This document shows positions 45,331 to 55,557 of a stretch of DNA of 64,000 nt, one piece after another (position 1 is the stretch's first letter; each line of letters opens with the position of its first letter). The translations under genes were made by a program, and so were the position numbers. The notes under the pieces are model-generated. The model was not told the DNA's origin, did no database searches, and worked only from the letters and a program-made list of their open reading frames with translations. The stretch is from Sphingomonadales bacterium (lineage in GTDB: Bacteria > Pseudomonadota > Alphaproteobacteria > Sphingomonadales > Sphingomonadaceae): the NCBI GenBank assembly GCA_027489695.1, contig JAIXZK010000144.1, positions 553 to 64,552 on the forward strand. The letters are read 5' to 3'.

Positions 45331-46380
45331 CTAAAACCAGAACCGGATGCCGGCAACGAAACTGGTTCCGCTGGTTCGATCACCGGCGTCACGGGCAAAG
45401 CGCGCCGTCTCGCCGACTTTGCCGGCCCATTCGACACCGATATAGGGCGCAAATTCGCGGGCGATTTCGTAGCGCAGCCGCAGGCCTAGCTCGATATCGG
45501 TGAGGCCCGCACCCACGCCGATCTCGGGGATCGACTTCGCGGAGGCTTCGATCTCGGCGCGCGGCTGAAGGATCAACCGTTGCGTGATGCGCTGGTCGTA
45601 AAAGCCCTCAATGCGACCGCGCAACTCGCCCTTGTTCGACAGGAACAGCGCGCCGGCAGCCTTGAACCAATAGGGTGCCAGCCCTTCGATTCCGACTGTC
45701 GCATAGGTCCGCTGCGGTTCTGGCCGGATGTCGTGGCGCACCCCTGCCTGCAGGTTCCACCATGGACCGATGGCACGTGAATAGAGCGCCTGGACCTCGG
45801 CCTTTTCAAGCGGCCCGCGCACATCGCCCTCGCCTTCGGTCTTCACGACAAAACGGTTGATGTCGCCGCCGAACCAGCCTTCGCCTTCCCAGCGATAACC
45901 GTCGGTGCCGGCACGGGCCTGATATTCGGCGAGGTTGAACAGGATCATCGAGCCGGTGAAGCCGCCATGCTCGCGGCGTAGTGCTGCTCGCGAAGGGGCG
46001 ACGGCAGCCGCGCCCCAAACGGCATCGGCGGCATGATCGGTCGGCGGCGCCGGGGCGGGGGCGTTGCCGATGGTATCACCGGTCGGCGGCAGTGCCATAT
46101 TGTGGCCGGCGTGCGGGTCGGCGGCCGGTTGGGCAGCACCCATATCATGCCCCGCGTGGCGGTCGCTGGCTGGCTTGGCCGCACCCATGTCGCGGCCGGC
46201 GTCCTGGTCGGGCGCTGCGGGCATCGAGTGCCCGGCATGTGGGTCGGCGGTGGCGGGGACTGTCGCCATCGGCATAGTGTGACCCGCGTGCGGGTCGGCC
46301 GCCGGCGCAGCGGTCTGCGCCAAGGCGCCGCCCGGAACGAGCGCCAGCGCGACAAGCGCCCCGATAGTGGCGCGGATCAT
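45331..46380 (-). CDS. copB: Copper resistance protein B (outer membrane)
   Basis: Repeated DPHAGH / DRHAGHDM motifs, then a beta-barrel ending IRFWF. Confidence 0.85.
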   Translation of the reverse strand: MIRATIGALVALALVPGGALAQTAAPAADPHAGHTMPMATVPATADPHAGHSMPAAPDQDAGRDMGAAKPASDRHAGHDMGAAQPAADPHAGHNMALPPTGDTIGNAPAPAPPTDHAADAVWGAAAVAPSRAALRREHGGFTGSMILFNLAEYQARAGTDGYRWEGEGWFGGDINRFVVKTEGEGDVRGPLEKAEVQALYSRAIGPWWNLQAGVRHDIRPEPQRTYATVGIEGLAPYWFKAAGALFLSNKGELRGRIEGFYDQRITQRLILQPRAEIEASAKSIPEIGVGAGLTDIELGLRLRYEIAREFAPYIGVEWAGKVGETARFARDAGDRTSGTSFVAGIRFWF

Positions 46381-48134
46381 GCCGCATCCTCGTCATGGCG
46401 CACCGTGACAACGCGGAACATGCCGGCGTGCATGTGGAGCATCATGTGGCAATGAAACGCCCAGTCGCCGAGCGCATCGGCAGTGAGATCGAACGACACC
46501 TTGCCGCCCGGCAGGACGTTGACCGTGTGCTTGACCGGCCGGTTGCCCTTCTCACCCATCACCACCTCGAAGAAGTGGCCATGGAGATGGATCGGGTGGG
46601 GCATCATCGTGTCATTGATCAGATTGACCCGAACGCGCTCGTTATGGCGGAAAGCCAGAGGCTCGGCACCTTCGCTGAACTTCACGCCATCGAACGACCA
46701 CATGTAGCGTTCCATGTTGGCGGTCAGATGGATGTCGATCTCGCGCGACGGGTCGCGCTTGTCGGGATTGGCGTCGAGCGAGCGAAGCTGGCTGTAAGTC
46801 AGCACGCGGTGTGGTTCGTTTTCGAGACCGGTCGGGCGCTCGGCGGTGCGGTCCATCGGCATCGAGGATAGCATAGCCACCCCCGGCCCCATCTTGACCT
46901 GAGGCGCCACCGACGGGTCGAGCATCTTCATCGACCCCATGTCGTGGCTCATGCCCGGCATCGCGCCGTGATCCATGCCTGGCATGTTGCTATGGTCCAT
47001 CCCGGCCATGGCACCGCCGCTCATGTCCATGTCGCCCATGCCCATGTCCTTCATGGTGAGCAACGGGCGCTTTCGCAGCGGCGGCACATAGGCAACCATT
47101 CCCATCCGCGGCGCCAGGGTGGCGCGCACCAGTCCTGACCGGTCGATGCCTTCGGCGATGAAGCCATAGGCCTTGTCCTCGGTTGGGTGGACGACGACGT
47201 CATAGGTTTCGGCGACGCCGATCTGGAACTCGTCGGTCTCCACCGGCTGCACATTGTTGCCGTCTGCCGCGACGACGGTCATCGCCAAGCCCGGGATACG
47301 CACGTTAAAGTTGGTCATCGCCGACGCGTTGATGATGCGCAGCCGGACCTTTTCACCCGGCGCGAACAGCCCTGTCCAGTTCTCCGCCGGCCCATGGCCA
47401 TTGACGAGATAGGTGTAAATCGCGCCGGTCGCATCGGAAATGTCGGTCGGGTCCATCCGCATCGCGCCCCACATCCGGCGGTCGGCGGCCGACTGGTCCT
47501 TGCCGGCAATCAGTCCGACGAGCGTCTGCTTCTGGAAATTGAAGTTGCCGCCGTTCTGCTTCAGCCGCGTGTATATCTTGTGCGGGTGCATGAAGCTCCA
47601 GTCGCTGAGCACCAGCACATGCTCGCGGTCCGATTGCACCCGGTCGGCCCCCGTCGGATCGATTACGATCGAACCGAAATGCCCCATCGCTTCCTGCAGG
47701 CCCGAATGGCTGTGATACCAATAGGTGCCGGCCTGGCGGATCGGGAATTCATAAACGAAGGTTTCGCCAGGCTTGATGCCGGGAAAGCTGATCCCCGGAA
47801 CGCCGTCATATTGAAACGGCAGCAACAGCCCGTGCCAATGGATCGACGTGTCCTCGGACAGCGTGTTGGTCACCGACAGGCGGACGTTCTGGCCTTCCTT
47901 CAGCCTGATCAGCGGCCCGGGCACGGTGCCGTTGATGGCAATGGCATGGCCCGACCGGCCGCCGACACTGTGCATTGCGTGGCCGATGCTGAGCTTGATG
48001 TCTTCGCCGGACAAAACATCGCTGCCGCTCGCAAGGCCGCCAGTGCCACTGCGCGCCCAACCCGGCACAGCCATCGCACCTGTGACTAACGAGGCGGCCC
48101 GCAGAAAGCCGCGGCGAGAGGTCGGTAGGATCAT
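46377..48134 (-). CDS. copA: Multicopper oxidase CopA
   Basis: Tat signal SRRGFLR (ATG 48134), IHWHG, HCHMMLHMHAGM, and a Met-rich MGMGDMDMSGGAMAGMDHSNMPGMDHGAMPGM. Confidence 0.9.
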   Translation of the reverse strand: MILPTSRRGFLRAASLVTGAMAVPGWARSGTGGLASGSDVLSGEDIKLSIGHAMHSVGGRSGHAIAINGTVPGPLIRLKEGQNVRLSVTNTLSEDTSIHWHGLLLPFQYDGVPGISFPGIKPGETFVYEFPIRQAGTYWYHSHSGLQEAMGHFGSIVIDPTGADRVQSDREHVLVLSDWSFMHPHKIYTRLKQNGGNFNFQKQTLVGLIAGKDQSAADRRMWGAMRMDPTDISDATGAIYTYLVNGHGPAENWTGLFAPGEKVRLRIINASAMTNFNVRIPGLAMTVVAADGNNVQPVETDEFQIGVAETYDVVVHPTEDKAYGFIAEGIDRSGLVRATLAPRMGMVAYVPPLRKRPLLTMKDMGMGDMDMSGGAMAGMDHSNMPGMDHGAMPGMSHDMGSMKMLDPSVAPQVKMGPGVAMLSSMPMDRTAERPTGLENEPHRVLTYSQLRSLDANPDKRDPSREIDIHLTANMERYMWSFDGVKFSEGAEPLAFRHNERVRVNLINDTMMPHPIHLHGHFFEVVMGEKGNRPVKHTVNVLPGGKVSFDLTADALGDWAFHCHMMLHMHAGMFRVVTVRHDEDAA

Positions 48135-48239
48135 ATCTGTCCCTGGAAATTCAGCAAAGCACAGCAAGGCTCGCATTGAGATACGCACGGTTTTGAATCG
48201 CCCCTCAAGGTAAGCCTGCGGCATTATCGCTTTAGAGGT

Positions 48240-48809
48240 CTAACCGCTCAGCGCCTTGCGGGCGCGATAGATCCGGACTTCGACAGCCTTCTCGCTAATC
48301 CCGAGTACCGAGGCAGCTTCCGCCTGCGAAAGACCGTCCACCGCGGTCAGGATGAGAGGCTCTTTGAGGTTCGCCGGAAGCGACGCAATCGCCTTGGTCA
48401 CGCGCGCCAGCGCGCGGGCATCATCGATCGCTGCCTCGCCCGTAACCGTCGTGTCGACAATCTCGCTTGCCGCGTCCAACGGTAGCGCAAACCGAAACAG
48501 GCGCCGGACGGCTCGCCGACGCCCCCAATCGCGGCACTTGTTCAGGGCGATGCGGCTGATCCAATAGCGAAACGGCCGGCTGCCGTCATAGCGTCCGATC
48601 GATGCAAAGGCCGCGACAAACGTCTCTTGCACAACATCGAGGGCCTCATCAGCGTCGCCAACATGGCTGCGAACAAGACGGAACACCGGCTCGCGGTAGC
48701 GCTGCATCAACTCGCCATACGCCGCCTGGCGACCGGTCAGCGCCAGCGCGGCGAGCTCGGCATCGGTGCAGCCGGTGAGCGGCATCGTCGGAGCACTCTG
48801 GCCAGTCAC
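48240..48809 (-). CDS. ECF (sigma-70 family) sigma factor
   Basis: Region 2 VVQETFVAAF and region 4 LSQAEAASVLGISEKAVEVRIYRARKAL. Confidence 0.85.
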   Translation of the reverse strand: MTGQSAPTMPLTGCTDAELAALALTGRQAAYGELMQRYREPVFRLVRSHVGDADEALDVVQETFVAAFASIGRYDGSRPFRYWISRIALNKCRDWGRRRAVRRLFRFALPLDAASEIVDTTVTGEAAIDDARALARVTKAIASLPANLKEPLILTAVDGLSQAEAASVLGISEKAVEVRIYRARKALSG

Positions 48810-49246
48810 TCCGTCGGGGCTGTCAGCGCCTTGACCGCCGCCTCGTCGAACTTTCGCGCCTGATCGGGCCGTAAGACACCGCGCAATCGAAACACATGCT
48901 GGAGCGTCTCCTTCTGGAGCTCGCCCATCACCTCGTGGGAACGGTCAACCGCTGTCTGCACCCCCGGGCCATAGCCATGTTCCGCCGTGATCGCTTCAGC
49001 CAGGCGCGCGTTGTCGGATCGCATTTGCTGCTCGAGGGCGCGCTTCCTGACCGCAAACTGCTGTTCGAGCCCCTCTATCTGCGCCCGTTGCGCGGCATCG
49101 AGTTCGAGCTTGTCGTGGAGAATGGCGTGAAGCTCGGTTTCAGGTGGGGAAAGCCGCGTAACCAGCGCGCGGCCGACAAACACGCCGCCGAGCGCTGCGA
49201 CGAACGCTACCAGCGCGACAATCGCGAACCGCCGGAAATTGTTCAT
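48806..49246 (-). CDS. Periplasmic heavy-metal sensor (Spy/CpxP-like, LTxxQ repeats)
   Basis: TM anchor, then LELDAAQRAQI and LRPDQARKF. Confidence 0.62.
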   Translation of the reverse strand: MNNFRRFAIVALVAFVAALGGVFVGRALVTRLSPPETELHAILHDKLELDAAQRAQIEGLEQQFAVRKRALEQQMRSDNARLAEAITAEHGYGPGVQTAVDRSHEVMGELQKETLQHVFRLRGVLRPDQARKFDEAAVKALTAPTE

Positions 49247-49521
49247 CCGATATTCGCCAGCAGTGTCGAGGGCGCAAGGTTGGCCCCGGCTGCAAATGGC
49301 GAGGTCTGCGCTGCCTCGGCCGAACCGCCGGGCAGTATCGCCGCGCCAATACCAATTCCCATTGCGAGAACCGCGGCAAGACTGAGCGCCGGTCCGGTGG
49401 TCAATGCCGATGCGCTGCGCTCAGCAACGATTTGCATCATCACTTCGCCTTCAAGCGACGCCAACCTTGTTGGCACCGGCAGGGTGCGTAGCTGCTGCAA
49501 CGCCCGGTCAAGGTCGTCCAT
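49243..49521 (-). CDS. Putative anti-sigma factor / membrane protein
   Basis: First gene of the ECF operon, with a single TM. ATG 49521 chosen. Confidence 0.42.
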   Translation of the reverse strand: MDDLDRALQQLRTLPVPTRLASLEGEVMMQIVAERSASALTTGPALSLAAVLAMGIGIGAAILPGGSAEAAQTSPFAAGANLAPSTLLANIG

Positions 49522-49643
49522 AAAAGGTTCCTTCTCAAATCCAGTAGACACTACGCACGCCCCGCGCTCACCCCTCAACAAGATTCCTTGAGGGGCACGG
49601 TGACGGCCTGCGTATATCTCCCCAGTCCATCAAGGAGCCATCA

Positions 49644-50033
49644 ATGACCTTCAACTTTCGCGCCGTTCTCGTTGCTGCCATGATTGCTGCGCTCGGCACC
49701 GGCACCGCTGCACTTGCACACACCAAGCTCGTATCATCGACTCCGGCCGCCAATGCCACCGTCGACAAGCCCGGCAAGATCGTCCTGGTTTTCAACGAAA
49801 AGCTGATGGCCAAGTTTGCCGGCGCCGAACTGACAATGACCGGCATGCCCGGCATGGCCGACCATCAGCCGATGAAGATGACCGGCTTCACAACGGCGCT
49901 GGGTGCCGATGGCAAGACGCTGACGCTGCTGATGAAGCGCGCGCTTCCCAGCGGCAGCTATGAGCTCAAATGGTTTGCCGCTGGCGCCGATGCCCATCGC
50001 ATGGAAGGCAGCTTTCCGTTCACCGTGAAATAG
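49644..50033 (+). CDS. copC: CopC periplasmic copper-binding protein
   Basis: The signal peptide ends ALA-H, so His is the mature N-terminus. Met-rich loop TMTGMPGMADHQPMKM. Confidence 0.85.
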   Translation: MTFNFRAVLVAAMIAALGTGTAALAHTKLVSSTPAANATVDKPGKIVLVFNEKLMAKFAGAELTMTGMPGMADHQPMKMTGFTTALGADGKTLTLLMKRALPSGSYELKWFAAGADAHRMEGSFPFTVK

Positions 50034-50034
50034 C

Positions 50035-50937
50035 ATGCTCGCGATCGCCATCAGGTTTGCGCTCTATGCCAATCTGATGGTGCTGTTCGGGTGGCCGCTG
50101 TTTGCGTTGTACGGGAGCCGTGGCAAAGCCAGCGGACCATCACCAAGCGAGTTGCTTTCGCTGACGCTGGTCGCGGCGTTGCTATCGGTTGCTGGCATGC
50201 TTGCAATGACCGCAGCGATTTCCGGGGTCGCGATCATGGAGGTCGATCGCCCCTCGATCGCGGCGATGGTGTTCGAAACTCCGATGGGATTGGCGTGGCA
50301 GGTTCGAATGCTGGCGCTTGCAGCCATCGCAGCGCTGGCTCTCGCGCGCAATCCTGTCGCCCGGGTTGCAATGGTGATCTTTGCCGGCGCGGCATTGGGG
50401 TCGCTGGCCTGGACCGGCCACGGTGCGGCCGGGGAGGCGACGACGGGCTGGGTTCAGCTTGTCGCTGACATTGTCCACCTGCTTGCCGCAGGTGCCTGGG
50501 TAGGCGCGCTGGTAGCATTGGGCTTGATGGTAGCGCGCGATGCGTCGCGCCTGACATCGGCTGACTTCATCTCGATGCACCATGCACTCGATGGCTTCTC
50601 GAAAGCCGGGACCGTTTTCGTCGCGCTGCTGATCATAACCGGCTCCATCAACACATGGATTCTTGTCGGTCCAGCGGGGATCGGCCTGGTTGGCAGCGAT
50701 CCGTACGTCCAGTTGCTGGCGATCAAGCTGGCGCTGTTCGTGGCCATGCTCTGGCTGGCGGCAATGAACCGCTTCCGCCTCACCCCGGCGCTGTTGCGCG
50801 ATCTGGACGCTGGCGCTGTGCCGTCAGGAGCCCTCCGTGCGCTGCACCGGTCGATCGCTATCGAAGCCGGATTTGCTGCTTCGGTACTGGCAATCGTTGC
50901 CTGGCTAGGAACGCTGGTGCCGCCAGCATCGTTATAG
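50035..50937 (+). CDS. copD: CopD inner-membrane copper resistance protein
   Basis: Polytopic, immediately after copC. Confidence 0.85.
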   Translation: MLAIAIRFALYANLMVLFGWPLFALYGSRGKASGPSPSELLSLTLVAALLSVAGMLAMTAAISGVAIMEVDRPSIAAMVFETPMGLAWQVRMLALAAIAALALARNPVARVAMVIFAGAALGSLAWTGHGAAGEATTGWVQLVADIVHLLAAGAWVGALVALGLMVARDASRLTSADFISMHHALDGFSKAGTVFVALLIITGSINTWILVGPAGIGLVGSDPYVQLLAIKLALFVAMLWLAAMNRFRLTPALLRDLDAGAVPSGALRALHRSIAIEAGFAASVLAIVAWLGTLVPPASL

Positions 50938-51022
50938 GCTGTGTGCCTGACCTGTTTTGTTCTGAGGGCTGATCGTGCGCTTTGCGTATCACCCACTAGC
51001 AGACACACGGAAAGGTGTTCCA

Positions 51023-51517
51023 ATGCACAAATATATTACGCTCGCAGCATTTTTGCTCGTCGCAGCCCCAATCGCCGCGCAAACGTCGCCGCCGCCTGTT
51101 GATCATAGCAAGATGCAGGGCATGAACCACGATGCGATGGCCAAACCGGGTGCATCGACGCCCGCCATGGACCACAGCAAGATGCAGACGATGGACCATG
51201 GCAAGATGGAAGGCATGGACCATTCCAAGATGGGCGGAATGGGCGAGATGATGAAGAATACGTCTGCCAACCCCTACGCCGAGGTCGGCATGGCGATGCA
51301 CCACAAGATGATGGTCGTCGGCGCCGACGCGTCGGAAACCTGGATCCGCCAGATGATCGAGCATCATCGCGGTGCGATTGCGATGTCGAAGATCGCCGTC
51401 ACCCAAGCTGCCGACAAGGAAGTTAGCTCGATGGCGCAGAAGGTCGTCACGATGCAGCAGAAGGAAGTCGCAAGCCTCCAGTCGTGGCTGAAGCGAAACG
51501 GCAAGAAGGCGCAGTAA
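51023..51517 (+). CDS. DUF305 protein with a His/Met-rich N-terminal repeat
   Basis: Signal peptide, four repeats of (M)DHSKM, then WIRQMIEHHRGAI. Confidence 0.75.
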   Translation: MHKYITLAAFLLVAAPIAAQTSPPPVDHSKMQGMNHDAMAKPGASTPAMDHSKMQTMDHGKMEGMDHSKMGGMGEMMKNTSANPYAEVGMAMHHKMMVVGADASETWIRQMIEHHRGAIAMSKIAVTQAADKEVSSMAQKVVTMQQKEVASLQSWLKRNGKKAQ

Positions 51518-51618
51518 TGGCCATGGCACATCGGGCTCGTGCACACGGGTCCGATGCCGCCAAAGCTGACTGCTTGAGGGCAGCGACACTTGGAGGAACG
51601 GCGAAAGTAACGGGCGGC

Positions 51619-52014
51619 TTACCCGGCGCTCCCGGCGAGTTCCTCGATGATCGGACAGTCCGGACGATTGTCGCCGCTGCACGTCGCAACAAGGTGCTCG
51701 AGCGAACGCCGCATCGTATGCAACGCCCTTTCGCGCTCCCGCAGGTCGGCGATCCTGGCCGTCGCCAAAGCTTTGACGTCGGCGCTCGCCCGCGTCTGGT
51801 CGCTCCAGAGCGCCAGAAGCTCGCCAATCTCGTCGATCGGAAAGCCAAGGTCACGGGCCCTGGCGATGAACCGCAATCGATGCACGTCATTGGTCGAATA
51901 ATCCCGGTACTGCGAATCCCTTCGCAGCGCCTTCGGTGTCAGCCCGATCTTTTCATAATGGCGCACCATCCGCGGGCTGAGACCTGCCGCGGCCGCTGCC
52001 TCACCGATGTTCAT
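51619..52014 (-). CDS. cueR: MerR-family Cu(I)-responsive regulator (CueR/HmrR)
   Basis: MNIGEAAAAAGLSPRMVRHYEKIGL and a C-terminal CSGDNRPDC. Confidence 0.85.
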   Translation of the reverse strand: MNIGEAAAAAGLSPRMVRHYEKIGLTPKALRRDSQYRDYSTNDVHRLRFIARARDLGFPIDEIGELLALWSDQTRASADVKALATARIADLRERERALHTMRRSLEHLVATCSGDNRPDCPIIEELAGSAG

Positions 52015-52024
52015 GAGATACCTC

Positions 52025-52055
52025 TTGACCTTGACACGATGTCAACCCCGACATT
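52025..52055 (+). promoter_or_regulatory. MerR-type promoter with 19-bp spacer and internal dyad
   Basis: TTGACC, then 19 nt, then GACATT. The spacer contains TTGACA-cga-TGTCAA (52031-52045). Confidence 0.5.
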
Positions 52056-52089
52056 GCGCCGCGACGCTTGATTTACAAGGACGCAGGCC

Positions 52090-54468
52090 ATGGCCGATCC
52101 CCAGCACACGCACTCCAGCGAATTCGATAGGAAGGCCCATGCTTGCTGCGGCGGCGGCAAGGGAAGTGCTCCCGGCGCAACCGTGAAGGACCCGGTCTGC
52201 GGCATGTCCATCGATCCGCATACCGCTGCGCATCGCGCCGACCACGACGGCCATCCCTATTATTTCTGCTCCGCCGGCTGCCGGACGAAGTTCATCGCCG
52301 ACCCGGCGAAATATCTGACGCCCGCCGAATTGCAGTCGCACGAGCCAGTGCCCGAGGGCACGATCTACACCTGCCCGATGCACCCGGAGATCCGCCAGGT
52401 CGGACCTGGCGCCTGCCCCCTCTGCGGGATGGCACTCGAGCCGGCAGTGATGACCGCAGACACGCCGCCAAATCCTGAGCTTGCCGATTTCACGCGCCGC
52501 TTCTGGATCGGTCTGGCGCTGACGATCCCGGTGTTCATCCTCGAGATGGGCGGCCATGTTTTCGACATCGGCCATCTCATCGCGCCGCAGATTTCGAACT
52601 GGATCCAGTTGGTCCTCGCGACACCCGTGGTCCTGTGGGCGGGGTGGCCATTCTTCGAACGCGGGTGGCAATCCATCGTCAACCGCAGCCTCAACATGTT
52701 CACACTGGTTGCCATGGGAACGGGCGTCGCCTGGGCCTATAGTGTCGTGGCGACCGTTGCGCCCGACGTGTTCCCGCCAGCGTTCCGCCGTATGGACGGC
52801 GCGGTCGCGGTCTATTTCGAGGCCGCAGCGATCATCGTGGTTCTGGTCCTTCTCGGGCAGTTGCTGGAGCTGCGGGCCCGCGAGGCGACCGGCGGTGCCA
52901 TTCGCGCCCTCCTCGATCTAGCGCCCAAGACCGCCCGGCGATTGAAGCCCGACAGCAGCGATGAAGAGGTATCGCTCGGTCTGGTCGTCGCCGGCGACGT
53001 TTTGCGCGTTCGCCCCGGAGAAGCCGTGCCTGTCGACGGCACGGTCACTGACGGACGTTCGACGATCGATGAATCGATGGTCACTGGCGAATCCATGCCT
53101 GTAACCAAAGCGACCGGCGACACCGTCATCGCCGGCACCATCAACCAGACCGGCGCGATCGCCATGCGTGCCGACAAGGTCGGCAGCGACACCATGCTGG
53201 CGCGGATCGTCCAGATGGTCGCCGATGCCCAGCGCAGCCGTGCCCCCATCCAGCGACTTGCTGATCAGGTGGCCGGGTGGTTCGTGCCGGCCGTCATTGT
53301 TGTCGCCGTGCTGGCCTTCATCGTCTGGGCAAGCTTTGGCCCTGAACCGCGTTTCACCTTCGGCTTCGTTGCCGCCGTCACTGTTCTGATCATTGCTTGT
53401 CCTTGTGCGCTCGGGCTCGCCACGCCGATGTCGATCATGGTCGGTGTTGGCCGGGGTGCGGCAGCCGGCGTTCTGGTCAAGAATGCCGAGTCGCTCGAGC
53501 GCATGGAGAAGGTCGATACGCTGCTGGTCGACAAAACCGGCACGCTGACCGAAGGCAAACCCAAGGTCGTCGCCATCGAGCCCTTCAGCGGCATCACCGA
53601 AGCGGAGCTGCTGCGCTTTGCTGCCGCCGTTGAGCGTCCGAGCCAGCACCCGCTCGCCGCAGCCATCGTCTCCGAAGCCGCCGCCCGGTCGATCGCTGTG
53701 GAAACCGCGACCGAGTTCGATGCCCCCACCGGCAAGGGTGTTATCGGCTTAGTCGATGGCCGACGTGTCGCCATTGGCAATCCTGGCTATTTGTCCGAGC
53801 TCGGCGTCGATACCGCCGCGCTGGCCGAAGCCGCAGACCGTCATCGCCGCGAAGGCGCGACCGCCATCCTTGTCGCCGTCGACGGCAAGGCCGCCGGCGT
53901 GATCGCCATCGCCGATCCGGTGAAACAGTCCACGCCCAGTGCCCTGGCAGCGCTAAAAGCCGAAGGCATCCGAGTTATCATGGTCACCGGCGATAATCGT
54001 GTCACCGCCGAAGCCGTGGCGCGGCGCCTTGGGCTCGATGAGGTCGAGGCCGACGTCCTCCCCGATGCCAAGAGCGCGGTGGTTGCCAGGCTCAAGGCCG
54101 AAGGCCGCGTCGTCGCCATGGCCGGCGATGGCGTCAACGACGCCCCTGCCCTCGCCGCCGCCGATGTCGGAATTGCCATGGGCACCGGCACCGATGTCGC
54201 GATCGAAAGCGCTGGCGTGACCCTGGTCAAGGGGGACCTCAACGGCATCGTTCGAGCGCGCCGCCTCAGCCACGCAACCATGCGCAACATCCGCCAGAAT
54301 CTATTCCTTGCCTTCGTCTATAACGCCATCGGCGTTCCGGTCGCTGCCGGCGTCCTCTATCCGTCGTTCGGCCTGTTGCTCTCGCCGGCGATCGCTGCCG
54401 CGGCCATGGCGCTGTCGTCGATATCGGTCGTCGGCAACGCGCTGCGCCTCAGAAGCGCCGAGCTGTGA
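52090..54468 (+). CDS. Copper-translocating P1B-type ATPase
   Basis: N-terminal YHS/TRASH-like CGMSID...YYFCSAGC, then YTCPMHPE...CPLCGM, CPC, DKTGTLT and [10 protein letters not shown]. Confidence 0.95.
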   Translation: MADPQHTHSSEFDRKAHACCGGGKGSAPGATVKDPVCGMSIDPHTAAHRADHDGHPYYFCSAGCRTKFIADPAKYLTPAELQSHEPVPEGTIYTCPMHPEIRQVGPGACPLCGMALEPAVMTADTPPNPELADFTRRFWIGLALTIPVFILEMGGHVFDIGHLIAPQISNWIQLVLATPVVLWAGWPFFERGWQSIVNRSLNMFTLVAMGTGVAWAYSVVATVAPDVFPPAFRRMDGAVAVYFEAAAIIVVLVLLGQLLELRAREATGGAIRALLDLAPKTARRLKPDSSDEEVSLGLVVAGDVLRVRPGEAVPVDGTVTDGRSTIDESMVTGESMPVTKATGDTVIAGTINQTGAIAMRADKVGSDTMLARIVQMVADAQRSRAPIQRLADQVAGWFVPAVIVVAVLAFIVWASFGPEPRFTFGFVAAVTVLIIACPCALGLATPMSIMVGVGRGAAAGVLVKNAESLERMEKVDTLLVDKTGTLTEGKPKVVAIEPFSGITEAELLRFAAAVERPSQHPLAAAIVSEAAARSIAVETATEFDAPTGKGVIGLVDGRRVAIGNPGYLSELGVDTAALAEAADRHRREGATAILVAVDGKAAGVIAIADPVKQSTPSALAALKAEGIRVIMVTGDNRVTAEAVARRLGLDEVEADVLPDAKSAVVARLKAEGRVVAMAGDGVNDAPALAAADVGIAMGTGTDVAIESAGVTLVKGDLNGIVRARRLSHATMRNIRQNLFLAFVYNAIGVPVAAGVLYPSFGLLLSPAIAAAAMALSSISVVGNALRLRSAEL

Positions 54469-54947
54469 AAGCGATGGTCGACCATCCCGCGTTCAACATC
54501 GCGACCTTCGCGCTGTTGCTCAGCATGCCGTGGGAGTTCGGCCAGATGTGGCTTTACGCCGGTGCTTCGGAAATGTCGCATCTCCGCGGCATCCAGATCT
54601 GCATGGCGGCAACGCTTGGCGACGCGGTCATCATGCTGATCGCTTTTGGGGTGGTCGCGGCAGTGGCCCGATCGCAAAACTGGGTTCTCGCACCGAAGAC
54701 GTCGCAAGTGGGGGTTTTTGTTCTCATTGGTCTGGCTATCACTACTGGGGTCGAAATCGTCGCGACGCGGTCCGACGGCGCCTTTAGCTGGCGCTACGCG
54801 CCGCCGATGCCGGTTACGCCCTTGCTCGGCATCGGGCTCGCACCACTGCTGATGTGGCTGGTCGTACCGCTTCTGGTCCTCTGGTTCGTTCGCCGCCAGA
54901 TCGGATCTGCAAGCGTCACCGCAGATTGGAGAGCCAACAACGGATGA
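54465..54947 (+). CDS. Hypothetical polytopic membrane protein
   Basis: Four hydrophobic segments. ATGA-type overlap with the ATPase stop. Confidence 0.45.
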   Translation: MKAMVDHPAFNIATFALLLSMPWEFGQMWLYAGASEMSHLRGIQICMAATLGDAVIMLIAFGVVAAVARSQNWVLAPKTSQVGVFVLIGLAITTGVEIVATRSDGAFSWRYAPPMPVTPLLGIGLAPLLMWLVVPLLVLWFVRRQIGSASVTADWRANNG

Positions 54948-55067
54948 CCTCAAAATTTTGAAGCGTTGCACGTCTGCCAACTTGGCCGGCGCCCAAACGA
55001 CGATGCGCCACCCCCTCGCGGCAGGGGCGGCGTTACGGAACGTGGTGCCGCGACAAGGAGTATCGAG

Positions 55068-55433
55068 ATGCACATTGTTACGAAACGGACGCTCGCCGCC
55101 GCACTGATCATGCTGGCGTTGCCCGTCGGGTTACCGGCTGCAGCAACGGCCGCCGGTATCGGTCACACCTTCATCATGCGTGGATCGGTTGTTGACGTTA
55201 CAGACGGCAAACCGACGATCTGCGTCGGCAAAGCCGATGGCGCGAAGGTCGGACAAACGCTCGAGGTCATTCGTATGACGAGTTTGCCTGGCACACGAGG
55301 ATACTCCGGCTTCCGGCGCGAAAACATCGGGCAGATCCGCATTACCGCAATCGTCGACGACCATTTTGCAACGGCTGCTGTCGTCAAAGGTGACGTCGAA
55401 AAGCATGACATCGTCGAGCTTCGCAAAAACTAG
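55068..55433 (+). CDS. Hypothetical secreted protein
   Basis: AAGGAG RBS and a signal peptide. Confidence 0.4.
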   Translation: MHIVTKRTLAAALIMLALPVGLPAAATAAGIGHTFIMRGSVVDVTDGKPTICVGKADGAKVGQTLEVIRMTSLPGTRGYSGFRRENIGQIRITAIVDDHFATAAVVKGDVEKHDIVELRKN

Positions 55434-55557
55434 GCCTGCTCGTCGATTGTCACAGTTCGCGCCGCCTCGGTTCAGCGCCGAGGCGGCGCGAATGCCGGGC
55501 CAACTTCTGCCTCGCGCCTCGTTCAAGCCGGCGCGATCAAAGTCAGGAATTCATAAG

